DNA of 64,000 nucleotides from an uncultured Gammaproteobacteria bacterium (GCA_964587195.1 CAZPKN010000001.1:341-64340); one strand, 5' to 3'; shown: positions 9,119 through 18,959, counted from the stretch's first letter. Made by a program: numbers and translations. Notes: generated from the sequence alone by a model not told the origin.

Positions 9119-10300
9119 ATGAAAACTAACCAGCCCAAAATCGAAAAGCTAATTTCAGAACTATGCCCGAATGGTGTGGAGTTTTTGGAAATTGATAGTT
9201 TGTGGATTAGGGCACCAAAATCAAAGCTCGGCGTCGCCCAAGTCAAAGAGCTTGGTGATGGTGAAAACATTTGCTTTACTTCTGGTAAAAATATTTTTTA
9301 TGTCGATAAATATCTTGTTGACGGTGAGTATATTTTTATGAATGATGGTGGAAGCGCTGATACAAAATATAATAAAGGTAAGGCGTATTATACGGATCAC
9401 ACTTTTACATTTACATGTGACAAAATAAAAATATTGCCAAAATTTCTTTATTTTTTCTTAAAAGAAAATGAAAAACATATAAATGATGTTTTATTTAAAG
9501 GAACGGGGTTAAAAAATTTAAATAAAAAAGCATTTGCAAACTTTCAAATCCCCATCCCACCCCTTGAAATACAAGAAGAAATCGTAAAAATTCTTGATAA
9601 TTTTACGGAGCTAGAAGCGGAGCTAGAAGCGGAGCTAGAAGCGGAGCTAGAAGCGAGAAAGAAGCAATATGAGCATTATCGCACTAGTCTTTTCCTAAAG
9701 AATAAAAATAATGAAATTAAGACGCTTGGCGAAGTTTGTTGTATTGGTTCTGGCGGGACACCATCAAAATCAAAGAAAGGATATTGGGAAAATGGAGACA
9801 TCCCCTGGATTAAGTCTGAGTCATGTAAAAATGAATCGGTACGTGTAGCAAATAGTTTTATTACAAGTATTGGTCTTAAAAATTCAAGTGCAAAATTATT
9901 AGATAAAAACACAACATTAATTGCTCTTGTCGGAGCTACTATTTTTAAAACTGCGTTTTTAGAGTTTGAGGCTAGTACAAATCAAAACATAGCAAGTATT
10001 AAATCTAATGACCAATCGATGTTGAGTGATAAGTTTATTTTTTATTATTTAACTAGTCTTTATTCAAGCTTAAAGAATAATATGAAAGATTATGGGATGC
10101 TCAACTTAACAACACTTAGGTCTTTCAAAATCCCCGTCCCACCCATCGCTGAACAAGAACGCATCGTTTCAATCCTTGATAAATTCGATGCCCTTGTTAA
10201 TGATATTTCAATCGGTTTACCCGCTGAACTTAAGGCTCGTCGTAAGCAATATGAATATTACCGAAACAAGCTTTTGATGTTTAAAGAATTAACAAAATAG
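9119..10300 (+). CDS. hsdS: type I restriction-modification system specificity subunit
   Basis: Two target-recognition domains, each followed by a conserved helix (IPIPPLEIQEEIVKILD / FKIPVPPIAEQERIVSILD). Central and C-terminal ...RKKQYEHYR / RRKQYEYYR conserved regions. Confidence 0.8.
   Translation: MKTNQPKIEKLISELCPNGVEFLEIDSLWIRAPKSKLGVAQVKELGDGENICFTSGKNIFYVDKYLVDGEYIFMNDGGSADTKYNKGKAYYTDHTFTFTCDKIKILPKFLYFFLKENEKHINDVLFKGTGLKNLNKKAFANFQIPIPPLEIQEEIVKILDNFTELEAELEAELEAELEARKKQYEHYRTSLFLKNKNNEIKTLGEVCCIGSGGTPSKSKKGYWENGDIPWIKSESCKNESVRVANSFITSIGLKNSSAKLLDKNTTLIALVGATIFKTAFLEFEASTNQNIASIKSNDQSMLSDKFIFYYLTSLYSSLKNNMKDYGMLNLTTLRSFKIPVPPIAEQERIVSILDKFDALVNDISIGLPAELKARRKQYEYYRNKLLMFKELTK
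9608..9655 (+). repeat. perfect 12-bp tandem repeat x4 (gagctagaagcg) encoding (ELEA)4 in the central conserved region of hsdS
   Basis: Four identical in-frame units counted directly. The position corresponds to the spacer-length-determining repeats of type I S subunits. Confidence 0.9.
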
Positions 10301-10301
10301 T

Positions 10302-11390
10302 ATGGAAAAGTTTGATTCCATCGAAAATCTTGCTAAAGAAATAAAAAAGAAATTAAAGGTCACTAAGAAAAAGAAGATAGGAGCTCTTTATGCATTTAAT
10401 TCTACCGGAAAAACAAGATTATCAACGATATTAAATGAATCAAATAGAGAAGATGAGGAAAGCGACGGTAAAATAAAAGTTCTTTGTTATAACGCTTTCT
10501 TAGAAGACATGTTTATATGGGACAATGAGAATTATGTTCTTTCTTTTAATACAAATTCATGGATTGTAAAATTAGTAATTGATCAAGGTTTGGATGGAGA
10601 TATTATTGACAATTTCAAAGATATTATAAACTCAAATATCGAGCCCTCATTTGACTTTACTAATGGGGAAATTGCTTTTAATGTAGTTTCAGGAGATGAC
10701 AACAGTAAAAATAATATTAAAATTTCAAAGGGAGAGGAAAGTATTTTCATATGGTCATTTTTTTATACTATCCTAAAATCCGCAATTGAGACTCTAAACA
10801 TTGAGGAGTCAAATAGGCCTACGCCTGTTTTTAATGACCTAGGGCGCATAGTCATTGACGATCCAGTATCCTCTCTAGATGATACCAAGATAATAACAAT
10901 GACAATTAAGCTTGTGGAAACCATAGAATCATTTGAAGGTGACTCTCTATCGTTCTTTATTGCCACGCATCACGCTTTATTCTACAATATTTTAGTTAAT
11001 TCTTTTAAAAGAAATAGTGGTTGTAATTTTAAATCATACAACCTTATAAAAGATAACTATACCTTTCAACTTTTAAAACAAGGGGACACTCCTTTCTCTT
11101 ATCACCTATCAATAAAAAAAATTATTCAGGAAGCTATAATAGGTAATCATATTGAAAGATATCACTTCAATCTTTTTAGAAGCCTACTTGAGAAAACATC
11201 TACCTTCTTGGGATACGACGATTGGAGAAAATGCGTGCCGAGCGGAAGAAAGGCGGAATTTATAAGACTTCTTAATTTGTATAGCCATGGCAAATTATCA
11301 GATATTGAGAGCAGACAGATGTCTGGAGAGGATAAAATTATTTTTGAAGAAACATTCACTAATTTTGTCTCAGATTTTAAATGGGGTTAA
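10302..11390 (+). CDS. PrrC-like anticodon nuclease (ABC-ATPase N-domain + C-terminal ACNase-like domain)
   Basis: Walker A AFNSTGKTRL, signature-like ISKGEES, Walker B/D-loop IVIDDPVSSLDD. C-terminal R-x3-E (FRSLLEK) and downstream YSHGK, as in the PrrC catalytic triad. Sits between hsdS and hsdR, the canonical prrC position. Confidence 0.55.
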   Translation: MEKFDSIENLAKEIKKKLKVTKKKKIGALYAFNSTGKTRLSTILNESNREDEESDGKIKVLCYNAFLEDMFIWDNENYVLSFNTNSWIVKLVIDQGLDGDIIDNFKDIINSNIEPSFDFTNGEIAFNVVSGDDNSKNNIKISKGEESIFIWSFFYTILKSAIETLNIEESNRPTPVFNDLGRIVIDDPVSSLDDTKIITMTIKLVETIESFEGDSLSFFIATHHALFYNILVNSFKRNSGCNFKSYNLIKDNYTFQLLKQGDTPFSYHLSIKKIIQEAIIGNHIERYHFNLFRSLLEKTSTFLGYDDWRKCVPSGRKAEFIRLLNLYSHGKLSDIESRQMSGEDKIIFEETFTNFVSDFKWG

Positions 11391-11435
11391 TAATATACGA
11401 ATATTACCGAAACAAGCTTTTAACTTTTAAAGAAT

Positions 11436-12311
11436 ATGAATCATAAAATTTCCATCCGTTTTTTTAACGACCGAGAAGTTCGGGCTGTTTGGGATGAAAA
11501 AAATAATAAATGGTTATTTAGTGTATTAGATATTATTGCCGTTCTTACAGATCAAAATAATTACACTAAGACCCGTAACTATTGGAAATACCTCAAGGCC
11601 AAGCTTAAGAAAGAAAAAAGTCAGGTGGTTAGTTCTACTACCCAACTGAAAATTTTGGCAAATGATGGAAAACGGTATTTAACCGATATGCTGGACTATG
11701 ACGGTATTATCGCTTTGGGTAAAAATTTCCCCGGAACAAAGGCTAACCGATTTATTAATTGGTTTACTTTTAGCGACGAGGGTATAGACGGGAAAAGCAA
11801 AACCAAGGCTTATGCTTTGTTCGAAAGTTCGCTAATTAACAACATAGAAATAGGGACCACGAAAGGACTAAAGCAGATTCACGCCTACTTATTCGGCGGT
11901 CTTTATAATTTTGCCGGACAAATTAGAAAAAAGAATATTTCTAAAGGCGGTTTTCAGTTTGCTATGGCGCAGTATTTAGAAAACACACTTCAGCAGATTG
12001 AAAAAATGCCGGAGAAAACTTTTGAAGAAATTGTTGATAAATATGTAGAAATGAATATCGCTCATCCATTTATGGAAGGAAATGGCCGAACGACTCGCAT
12101 CTGGCTCGATTTAATTCTTAAAAAACGCTTAAAAAAATGCGTGGACTGGAGCAAGATAAGTAAGAAGGACTACATCGGTGCGATGATACGAAGCCCTAAA
12201 AACAGTCTAAAACTAAAAAATTTACTAAAAAAATCCTTAACTAACAAAATCAACAATCGTGAAATGTTTATGAAAGGAATAGATTATTCATATTATTACG
12301 AAGAGGATTAA
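11436..12311 (+). CDS. Bro-N domain - Fic/Doc family protein
   Basis: N-terminal Bro-N-like segment ([33 protein letters not shown]). Fic motif [12 protein letters not shown]. Confidence 0.7.
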   Translation: MNHKISIRFFNDREVRAVWDEKNNKWLFSVLDIIAVLTDQNNYTKTRNYWKYLKAKLKKEKSQVVSSTTQLKILANDGKRYLTDMLDYDGIIALGKNFPGTKANRFINWFTFSDEGIDGKSKTKAYALFESSLINNIEIGTTKGLKQIHAYLFGGLYNFAGQIRKKNISKGGFQFAMAQYLENTLQQIEKMPEKTFEEIVDKYVEMNIAHPFMEGNGRTTRIWLDLILKKRLKKCVDWSKISKKDYIGAMIRSPKNSLKLKNLLKKSLTNKINNREMFMKGIDYSYYYEED

Positions 12312-12317
12312 AAAACT

Positions 12318-15300
12318 ATGCCAAACCAAGAACACAGCTCCGCTGAAAATTCGGCGGGAAGTTATAATCTAGTCGCTTCAAGTACTCAAAGCACCGTCGT
12401 GGCTGAGTATGTTTCTGATAAAAAAAGAGCGTTTAAGTATCAAAGCGAAGCCGAACTTGAAAAAGCTTTCATTAAGCAGTTAGAAGCCCAGGCTTATGAA
12501 TATTTAAAAATCGCCTCAGAAGATGATTTGCTTTTGAATTTACGAAAACAGCTCGAAAAGCTAAATGATTATAATTTTAGCGATTTAGAATGGAATCGAT
12601 TTTTTAAAGCCGAAATTGCTAACCAAAGCCAGGGTATTGAAGAAAAAACCGCTACCATTCAGGAAGATTATAAAAAAAATCTAATTCTTGATGACGGCTC
12701 AACTAGAAATATTTATCTCATTAAAAAAGACAGTATCCACGATAATAGTTTACAAGTTATTAACCAATATTCAAGCGAAGATGGCGAACGATTAAACCGC
12801 TATGATGTAACGATTTTAGTAAACGGCCTACCGCTTATCCATATCGAGCTAAAAAGACGAGGAGTAGCCATACAAGAAGCATTTAATCAGATAAATAGAT
12901 ACCAAAGAGAAAGCTTTTGGGCCGCTTCCGGTCTGTTTGAATATGTCCAGTTATTTATTATCTCAAACGGAACCCATACTAAATACTATAGCAATACTAC
13001 CAGATCACAGCACATCAAAGAGTCCGGCGAAGGAAAACAGAAAAAGGGCAGGCGGACAAGTAATAGCTTTGAGTTTACGAGCTGGTGGGCAGACGCCGCT
13101 AATCGGCCGATTACCGACTTAATTGATTTTACTAAAACATTTTTCGCCAAGCATGCCGTTTTAAATATTTTAACAAAATATTGCGTCTTTACCTCGGACA
13201 AATTACTGTTAGTAATGCGCCCCTACCAAATCGTCGCCACGGAAAGAATTTTAAATCGCATCGAAATAAGTACAAACTACAAAAAATTCGGAACCGTTGA
13301 GGCGGGCGGCTATGTTTGGCATACGACCGGGTCCGGAAAAACCCTAACTAGTTTTAAAACCGCTCAGCTTGCTAGCAAATTATCTTATGTTGATAAGGTT
13401 TTGTTTGTTGTTGATAGAAAAGATCTCGATTATCAAACCATGCAGGAATATGACAAGTTTGAAAAAGGGGCCGCAAGCAGTAATGTCAGTACCGCTATTT
13501 TAAAAAGACAACTAGAAGACAGTAGCTCAAGAATTATCGTCACAACTATTCAAAAACTCGATCGCTTTATCGCTAAAAACTCCGGACATACCGTTTTTGA
13601 CGGACATATTGTTATTATCTTTGACGAGTGCCACCGCTCACAATTCGGCGAAATGCACGCCGGCATAGTTAAGGCCTTTAAAAAATATCATCTATTCGGT
13701 TTTACCGGAACGCCGATTTTTGCCGCTAACGCTTCAACCGGCGGTCGTCCCGATTTTAAAACAACCGAGCAGGCTTTCGGTTCAAAACTTCATACCTATA
13801 CCATAGTTGACGCTATTTCCGATAAAAATGTTCTACCTTTTAAAGTCGATTATGTTTCAACTGTCCGCGAAGCCGAAGACATTGAAGATAAAAAAGTTAG
13901 CGATATTGATAGAGAGGCCGTTTTAGCCGCCCCGGAAAGACTCGAGAATATCGTTAAATATATTATTGAACATTTCGACCAAAAAACTAAACGAAATAGC
14001 TTTTATAAACTAAAAGAACGGAGGCTAGCCGGTTTTAATTCAATTTTTGCCGTTAGTTCAATTGAAGTTGCTAAAAAATATTATTTAGAATTTAAAAAAC
14101 AATTAGCCGAAGTTCCGAGCGATAAAAAATTAAAAATAGGAACTATTTTTAGTTTCGGGGTTAACGATGAAGACGGAGACGGAATGATGGATGAAAATTC
14201 CGAGGACACTAGCGGGCTTGATACTAGCTCTAGAGATTTTTTAGAAAGCGCTATTTCCGATTATAATGAAATGTTCGGAACATCTTACGATACCTCCTCC
14301 GATAAATTCCAAAATTACTATAAAGATGTCAGCGAAAAAGTAAAGAAAAGAGAGCTTGATGTCTTAATTGTCGTTAATATGTTTTTGACCGGGTTTGATG
14401 CGACTACTCTTAATACCCTTTGGGTTGATAAAAATCTGCGCTCGCACGGACTGCTCCAAGCTTATTCTAGGACTAACCGCATCTTAAACAGCATCAAAAC
14501 TTTCGGTAATATCGTTTGTTTTAGAAATTTAGAAAAAGCGACTAACGAAGCGATTGCCCTATTCGGCGATAAAGAAGCGGGCGGGATTGTTTTGCTTAGA
14601 TCTTATCAAGACTATTACCACGGCTATAAAGATGGCGATAAAGAATTTCGAGGTTATGTTAGCTTAGTCGACGAGCTAATGGCAAAATTCCCGGTCGGGA
14701 TAAGAATTGATAGCGAGCAAGCGCAAAAAGAATTCATTAATCTCTACGGCGGAATTTTAAGACTAAGAAACATTTTAACAACTTTCGACGAGTTTATCGG
14801 CGATGAAATATTTACCCAATACGATATTCAGGACTATCATAGCATGTACATTGATTTGTATAATGAACTTCGCAAAGTTAAAGAGAGCGAGAAAGAAAAT
14901 ATTAATGATGATATTGTTTTCGAAATGGAACTTATTAAACAAGTTGATATCAATATTGATTATATTTTAAGTCTTATTAAAATCTACCATGAAGATAATA
15001 CAAAAAATAAAGACAGCTTGATGGATATTAATAAAGCGATTGACGCGAGCGTTGAGCTTAGAAATAAAAAAGATTTAATTAACCAGTTTATCAGCTCGCT
15101 TGATATTAATTCAAAGATTGATGAAGATTGGCGGAAATTTGTTGCTGAAAAAAAGATTGAAGAACTGGAAAAAATTATCGCTAACGAAAATTTAGACAAA
15201 GAAGCGACTTATGCGCTTATTGATAACGCCTTTAAAGACGGCTATGTCCCGACTACTGGAACGACTATTACCAAAATTTTACCACCCGTATCAAGATTTT

Positions 15301-15392
15301 CTCCCGACGGAAAAATGACTATTAAGCGCGAAACTGTTCTTAGAAAACTAGCTAGCTTCTTCGACAGATTCTTTGATATTTCTGAGAGGTAG
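12318..15392 (+). CDS. hsdR: type I restriction-modification system restriction subunit (SF2 helicase/endonuclease)
   Basis: 1024 aa. HsdR N-terminal nuclease region, helicase motif I TGSGKT, DEAD-box-like IIFDECHRSQFG, motif VI-like QAYSRTNR. Confidence 0.9.
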   Translation: MPNQEHSSAENSAGSYNLVASSTQSTVVAEYVSDKKRAFKYQSEAELEKAFIKQLEAQAYEYLKIASEDDLLLNLRKQLEKLNDYNFSDLEWNRFFKAEIANQSQGIEEKTATIQEDYKKNLILDDGSTRNIYLIKKDSIHDNSLQVINQYSSEDGERLNRYDVTILVNGLPLIHIELKRRGVAIQEAFNQINRYQRESFWAASGLFEYVQLFIISNGTHTKYYSNTTRSQHIKESGEGKQKKGRRTSNSFEFTSWWADAANRPITDLIDFTKTFFAKHAVLNILTKYCVFTSDKLLLVMRPYQIVATERILNRIEISTNYKKFGTVEAGGYVWHTTGSGKTLTSFKTAQLASKLSYVDKVLFVVDRKDLDYQTMQEYDKFEKGAASSNVSTAILKRQLEDSSSRIIVTTIQKLDRFIAKNSGHTVFDGHIVIIFDECHRSQFGEMHAGIVKAFKKYHLFGFTGTPIFAANASTGGRPDFKTTEQAFGSKLHTYTIVDAISDKNVLPFKVDYVSTVREAEDIEDKKVSDIDREAVLAAPERLENIVKYIIEHFDQKTKRNSFYKLKERRLAGFNSIFAVSSIEVAKKYYLEFKKQLAEVPSDKKLKIGTIFSFGVNDEDGDGMMDENSEDTSGLDTSSRDFLESAISDYNEMFGTSYDTSSDKFQNYYKDVSEKVKKRELDVLIVVNMFLTGFDATTLNTLWVDKNLRSHGLLQAYSRTNRILNSIKTFGNIVCFRNLEKATNEAIALFGDKEAGGIVLLRSYQDYYHGYKDGDKEFRGYVSLVDELMAKFPVGIRIDSEQAQKEFINLYGGILRLRNILTTFDEFIGDEIFTQYDIQDYHSMYIDLYNELRKVKESEKENINDDIVFEMELIKQVDINIDYILSLIKIYHEDNTKNKDSLMDINKAIDASVELRNKKDLINQFISSLDINSKIDEDWRKFVAEKKIEELEKIIANENLDKEATYALIDNAFKDGYVPTTGTTITKILPPVSRFSPDGKMTIKRETVLRKLASFFDRFFDISER

Positions 15393-15467
15393 ATATATTT
15401 TGAGATAATTAATTTTAAATTATACCTTTGAAAATGACCATCAGTCAGCGTTAAATAAAAAATAATT

Positions 15468-15881
15468 ATGAATGGCTTTCAATATAAAAAAGATTATAAT
15501 TTTTTCTTAAATAAGTTAGCTAAAGGCGATAAAATTTTATTTGCTAAAAAATATCTGAAGTTATTTGATTTTAGAGATCCTAGTATAAAAAGAAAGGAAT
15601 TTAATAAAATTAGGAATAAATTATATAAAAAATTAGTTTTAAAATTTGGCGAACAATGTCAGTTAAAAATTCACCCTGATTGTTTCAAGGAGAAATCTTT
15701 TGATGTTGATCATTTCATTCCTCTCTCAACAAATAAGCTAAATAAGGAACTCAGAAATATAAAAGCAGCAAAAGGGAGAAAGGTTGCGAGTCAAAGTTTT
15801 GGGTCGAATGACATTGCTAATCTAAAAATAGCTTGTAAGAAATGTAATAGCTATAAAAAACATAAACTTTTGTTTAAATAA
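15468..15881 (+). CDS. HNH endonuclease
   Basis: CQLKIHPDC...DVDHFIPLS...IACKKCNSYKKH: two Cys pairs with a His-containing core, typical of HNH. Confidence 0.6.
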   Translation: MNGFQYKKDYNFFLNKLAKGDKILFAKKYLKLFDFRDPSIKRKEFNKIRNKLYKKLVLKFGEQCQLKIHPDCFKEKSFDVDHFIPLSTNKLNKELRNIKAAKGRKVASQSFGSNDIANLKIACKKCNSYKKHKLLFK

Positions 15882-16022
15882 TTAACGACAAAAAGAACTT
15901 AAACACCCCCGACCTAATCAATAAAATTATCACTGAAGTAGAAAGAACGTATAAAAGATATTAAAATTATAATAAATGCAAAAATAAGATAAAATCTACT
16001 TGAATACTATCAATCATCCCCC

Positions 16023-17519
16023 ATGCCACACATAAGCAAAACACAATACCTTGAATACCTCGCCTGCCCTAAGAACGCCTGGCTTAAACAACATAAGCCG
16101 GAGTTGGCTGGCTCTTTTGAGTTATCAGCTTTTGAAAAAAGTTTAGTCGCTAATGGAAATTTAGTTGAAGAGTGGGCCAGAAAACTTTTTCCAAGCGGCG
16201 TTTTAATAGAATCATCTGGCAAAACAGCCGCCTTAGAAACTATTAAATATTTAGAGGTTAAACAGTCGGCTATTTTTCAAGCTACTTTTATCACCGATAA
16301 ATTTCTAGCGCGAGCCGATGTTTTAGAATATGATAGTGAAACCGACTCTTGGAATCTCTATGAAATAAAAGGTACTAATTCCTTGAAAGAAAAAACCGAT
16401 GACAGAGATCATATTGATGATGCCGCTTTCCAATATATAACCCTTGGCGACTGCGGCCTAAAAATTGGAACTATAAATATTATCCACCTCAACAAAGACT
16501 ATATCCGGGGCGATGAAATAAACGTTCAAGAATTATTTGCGATTGATGATATCACTGATAAGATTCTCGAGCGAGAAGAGGCCACTAGAGAAAAAATGTC
16601 GGAAGCCGCTCAGGCTCTTTTTCAAAAAGACGAACGGGCAGTTAATTGCAATTGCATTTACAAAGGACGGAGCAATCATTGCTCAACTTTTAGCTATGCT
16701 CATCCTGAAGTCCCTGAATATGCTATTCATGATTTATACCGCATCGGCCTGAGCCCAAAAAAATTAGCCTCCCTGGTTGATGACAATATTTTTGATCTTG
16801 CCGACGTTCCCTCCGACTTTAAATTATCAGAAGCTCAGCAGAATCAAATTAACGTCTATAAAAGCCAAATGCCGATGATAGATTTAATATCTATTAAAGC
16901 CGAGCTTGAAGCGCTAAAATACCCGCTCTATTTCTTTGATTACGAAACATACCCACCGGCCATTCCCCTTTTTAAAGGCTTTAAACCCTATCAGCATATC
17001 CCCTTTCAATTTTCTCTACACGTCCTAAGCAGCCCGGACAGCGAGCCTGAGCATTACGGATATCTTCATATAGATAATACTAATCCGACCGCAGACATTA
17101 TTAATGCCCTACAAAAATATATCGGCCCCGAGGGAAGTATTATTGTCTGGTATAAGCCGTTTGAACAAACCAGAAATTTGGAATTAGCGCTTTTAAGTCC
17201 TGACAATAGTGAGTTTTTAGCGGATATCAACAACCGCATCTACGATTTAATGGATATCTTTTCCAAACAGCTATACGTCCACCCAAAATTTAAAGGGAGC
17301 ACTTCGATTAAAAAAGTATTACCAGTTTTAGTTCCATCTCTTAATTACCAAGAGTTAGAGATAAAAGAAGGGGGATCGGCCATGGAAGCTTGGTTTGAAA
17401 AAATATTTAATGCCAGTTCAGAAGCAGAGAAAGAAGAAACTGCTAAAAATCTTCTAAAATATTGCGAACTAGACACCTATGCCATGTACGCTATTTGGAA
17501 GGAATTGATGAAAATATAG
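16023..17519 (+). CDS. DUF2779-family protein (RecB/Cas4-like PD-(D/E)xK nuclease N-domain plus C-terminal domain)
   Basis: N-terminus ISKTQYLEYLACPKNAWL matches the DUF2779 'SKSxYxxxxxCPKxxWL' signature. D...EIK motif (ADVLEYDSETDSWNLYEIKG). Confidence 0.55.
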   Translation: MPHISKTQYLEYLACPKNAWLKQHKPELAGSFELSAFEKSLVANGNLVEEWARKLFPSGVLIESSGKTAALETIKYLEVKQSAIFQATFITDKFLARADVLEYDSETDSWNLYEIKGTNSLKEKTDDRDHIDDAAFQYITLGDCGLKIGTINIIHLNKDYIRGDEINVQELFAIDDITDKILEREEATREKMSEAAQALFQKDERAVNCNCIYKGRSNHCSTFSYAHPEVPEYAIHDLYRIGLSPKKLASLVDDNIFDLADVPSDFKLSEAQQNQINVYKSQMPMIDLISIKAELEALKYPLYFFDYETYPPAIPLFKGFKPYQHIPFQFSLHVLSSPDSEPEHYGYLHIDNTNPTADIINALQKYIGPEGSIIVWYKPFEQTRNLELALLSPDNSEFLADINNRIYDLMDIFSKQLYVHPKFKGSTSIKKVLPVLVPSLNYQELEIKEGGSAMEAWFEKIFNASSEAEKEETAKNLLKYCELDTYAMYAIWKELMKI

Positions 17520-17647
17520 AGAAATTGATAAGTTTGTGGATACTAGAACCGTCACTTGATTTTTATAAAGATACATATTATAATAATCCGTTACCTTAGT
17601 TCATTAACTTCAAAAAAAACAATGCCTTCAAAGGAGGGGGGATATAT

Positions 17648-18148
17648 ATGGAAACAAATAATATTAAACTTTTTAGCGGAGAATTCTTCCTCCCTGTCGA
17701 TTATGATGAAGACTTTGACGACTTGCTCGAAAAAGGAAACTACGACCACGTTTCAGATGACATCAATGAAGAAAATTTTCAATCAGTTGTACAAGCCGAA
17801 CAAAGCGGGAACATTATTCAAGTTGCAAGGTTTATAGGGAGTAGAAAAGGAGGAATTTGCGATCTTATAGGTTTCCCATACAGACAAGCGACTTTAAGAG
17901 AGTTCGCGTCTTATGCATTAATCAAGCCTTCCGGGCCATTATTTGGGGTAGCCTATGGTTCAGTCTATAAAATAGCCCCGGGTAAAATGGAAGTTCCTTA
18001 TTTTAGCGATGAAAATGGCCGAAGGCGATTACATGGTATTTTGTCAGAATTAGATTATGAAAAAGAGCCGTACGGTAGATTGCTAGTTATCAGGATGTGT
18101 TTCGATTTAAACGAATATTACCGATCTCAAATTGAATTCTTTAGCTAG
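17648..18148 (+). CDS. hypothetical protein
   Basis: 166-aa ORF followed by a terminator. No family recognised. Confidence 0.35.
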   Translation: METNNIKLFSGEFFLPVDYDEDFDDLLEKGNYDHVSDDINEENFQSVVQAEQSGNIIQVARFIGSRKGGICDLIGFPYRQATLREFASYALIKPSGPLFGVAYGSVYKIAPGKMEVPYFSDENGRRRLHGILSELDYEKEPYGRLLVIRMCFDLNEYYRSQIEFFS

Positions 18149-18164
18149 AAGCCCCTCTTCAAAA

Positions 18165-18205
18165 GTCCCCGTTTCATTTATGAAGTGGGGATTTTCTTTT
18201 TTATG
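18165..18205 (+). terminator. rho-independent terminator
   Basis: gtccccgtttcatttatgaagtgggga hairpin followed by a T-tract. Confidence 0.55.
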
Positions 18206-18220
18206 CTATAATCCATATAT

Positions 18221-18955
18221 ATGAAACTAATATCATTAAATGCCTGGGGTGGACAGGTTCCGGAAATAATAGACTTTTTTAAAAAATACCAAGACGTTGA
18301 TATTTTTTTATTACAAGAAGTTTTTAATGATGGGACTGAAAGAACGGTTTTTCATGAAAACGAAAAAACTCAATTATTTAAAGAGTTGGATGAAAAGCTC
18401 CCCAGCCATCAAGGCTATTTTGCCCCCTCAGTTTTTCAAGAGTGGGGATTAGCCATTTTTATTAAAAAATCTATTTCTATTTTAACAAGCGGGGATCATT
18501 TTGTTTATTTACATAGAGAATCCTTACGTGGCCAAGAATTCAAAACCGTCGGTCGAAACTTACAATTTATAAACATTATCCATAATGGTAAAAATTTAAA
18601 TATTATTAACTTTCACGGACTTCATACTGGAGAAGGCAAGGATGATTGTCCTGAAAGAATAGACCAGTCAAAAAAAATAATTGATTTTATAAAAAAACTA
18701 GAAGGAGAAATAATTCTAGCTGGCGATTTTAATCTCAAGCCAGACACGGAAAGCTTAATAATGATTGAAAAAGGGCTTAAATTAAAAAATCTTATAAAAG
18801 ACTACGAGATAAAATCAACACGCACTTCATATTATAGTAAACCGGAAAAATTCGCCGATTATATTCTATGCTCAGAGGGAGTAAAGGTTGAAGAATTCTC
18901 TACTCTACCTGAGGAGGTATCCGATCATAAAGCGCTGTTGATGAAATTTATATAA
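18221..18955 (+). CDS. endonuclease/exonuclease/phosphatase (EEP) family protein
   Basis: N-terminus LISLNAWGG...DIFLLQEV and C-terminal SDHKAL motif, typical of the EEP fold. Confidence 0.6.
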   Translation: MKLISLNAWGGQVPEIIDFFKKYQDVDIFLLQEVFNDGTERTVFHENEKTQLFKELDEKLPSHQGYFAPSVFQEWGLAIFIKKSISILTSGDHFVYLHRESLRGQEFKTVGRNLQFINIIHNGKNLNIINFHGLHTGEGKDDCPERIDQSKKIIDFIKKLEGEIILAGDFNLKPDTESLIMIEKGLKLKNLIKDYEIKSTRTSYYSKPEKFADYILCSEGVKVEEFSTLPEEVSDHKALLMKFI

Positions 18956-18959
18956 ATTT

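Noticed and set aside
12937-13201. Small ORFs inside hsdR on both strands
   Set aside because: They are embedded in, or antisense to, the well-supported 1024-aa hsdR reading frame.
17556-17837. 93-aa plus-strand ORF
   Set aside because: It overlaps in another frame the start of the longer 17648-18148 ORF, and its translation is low-complexity.
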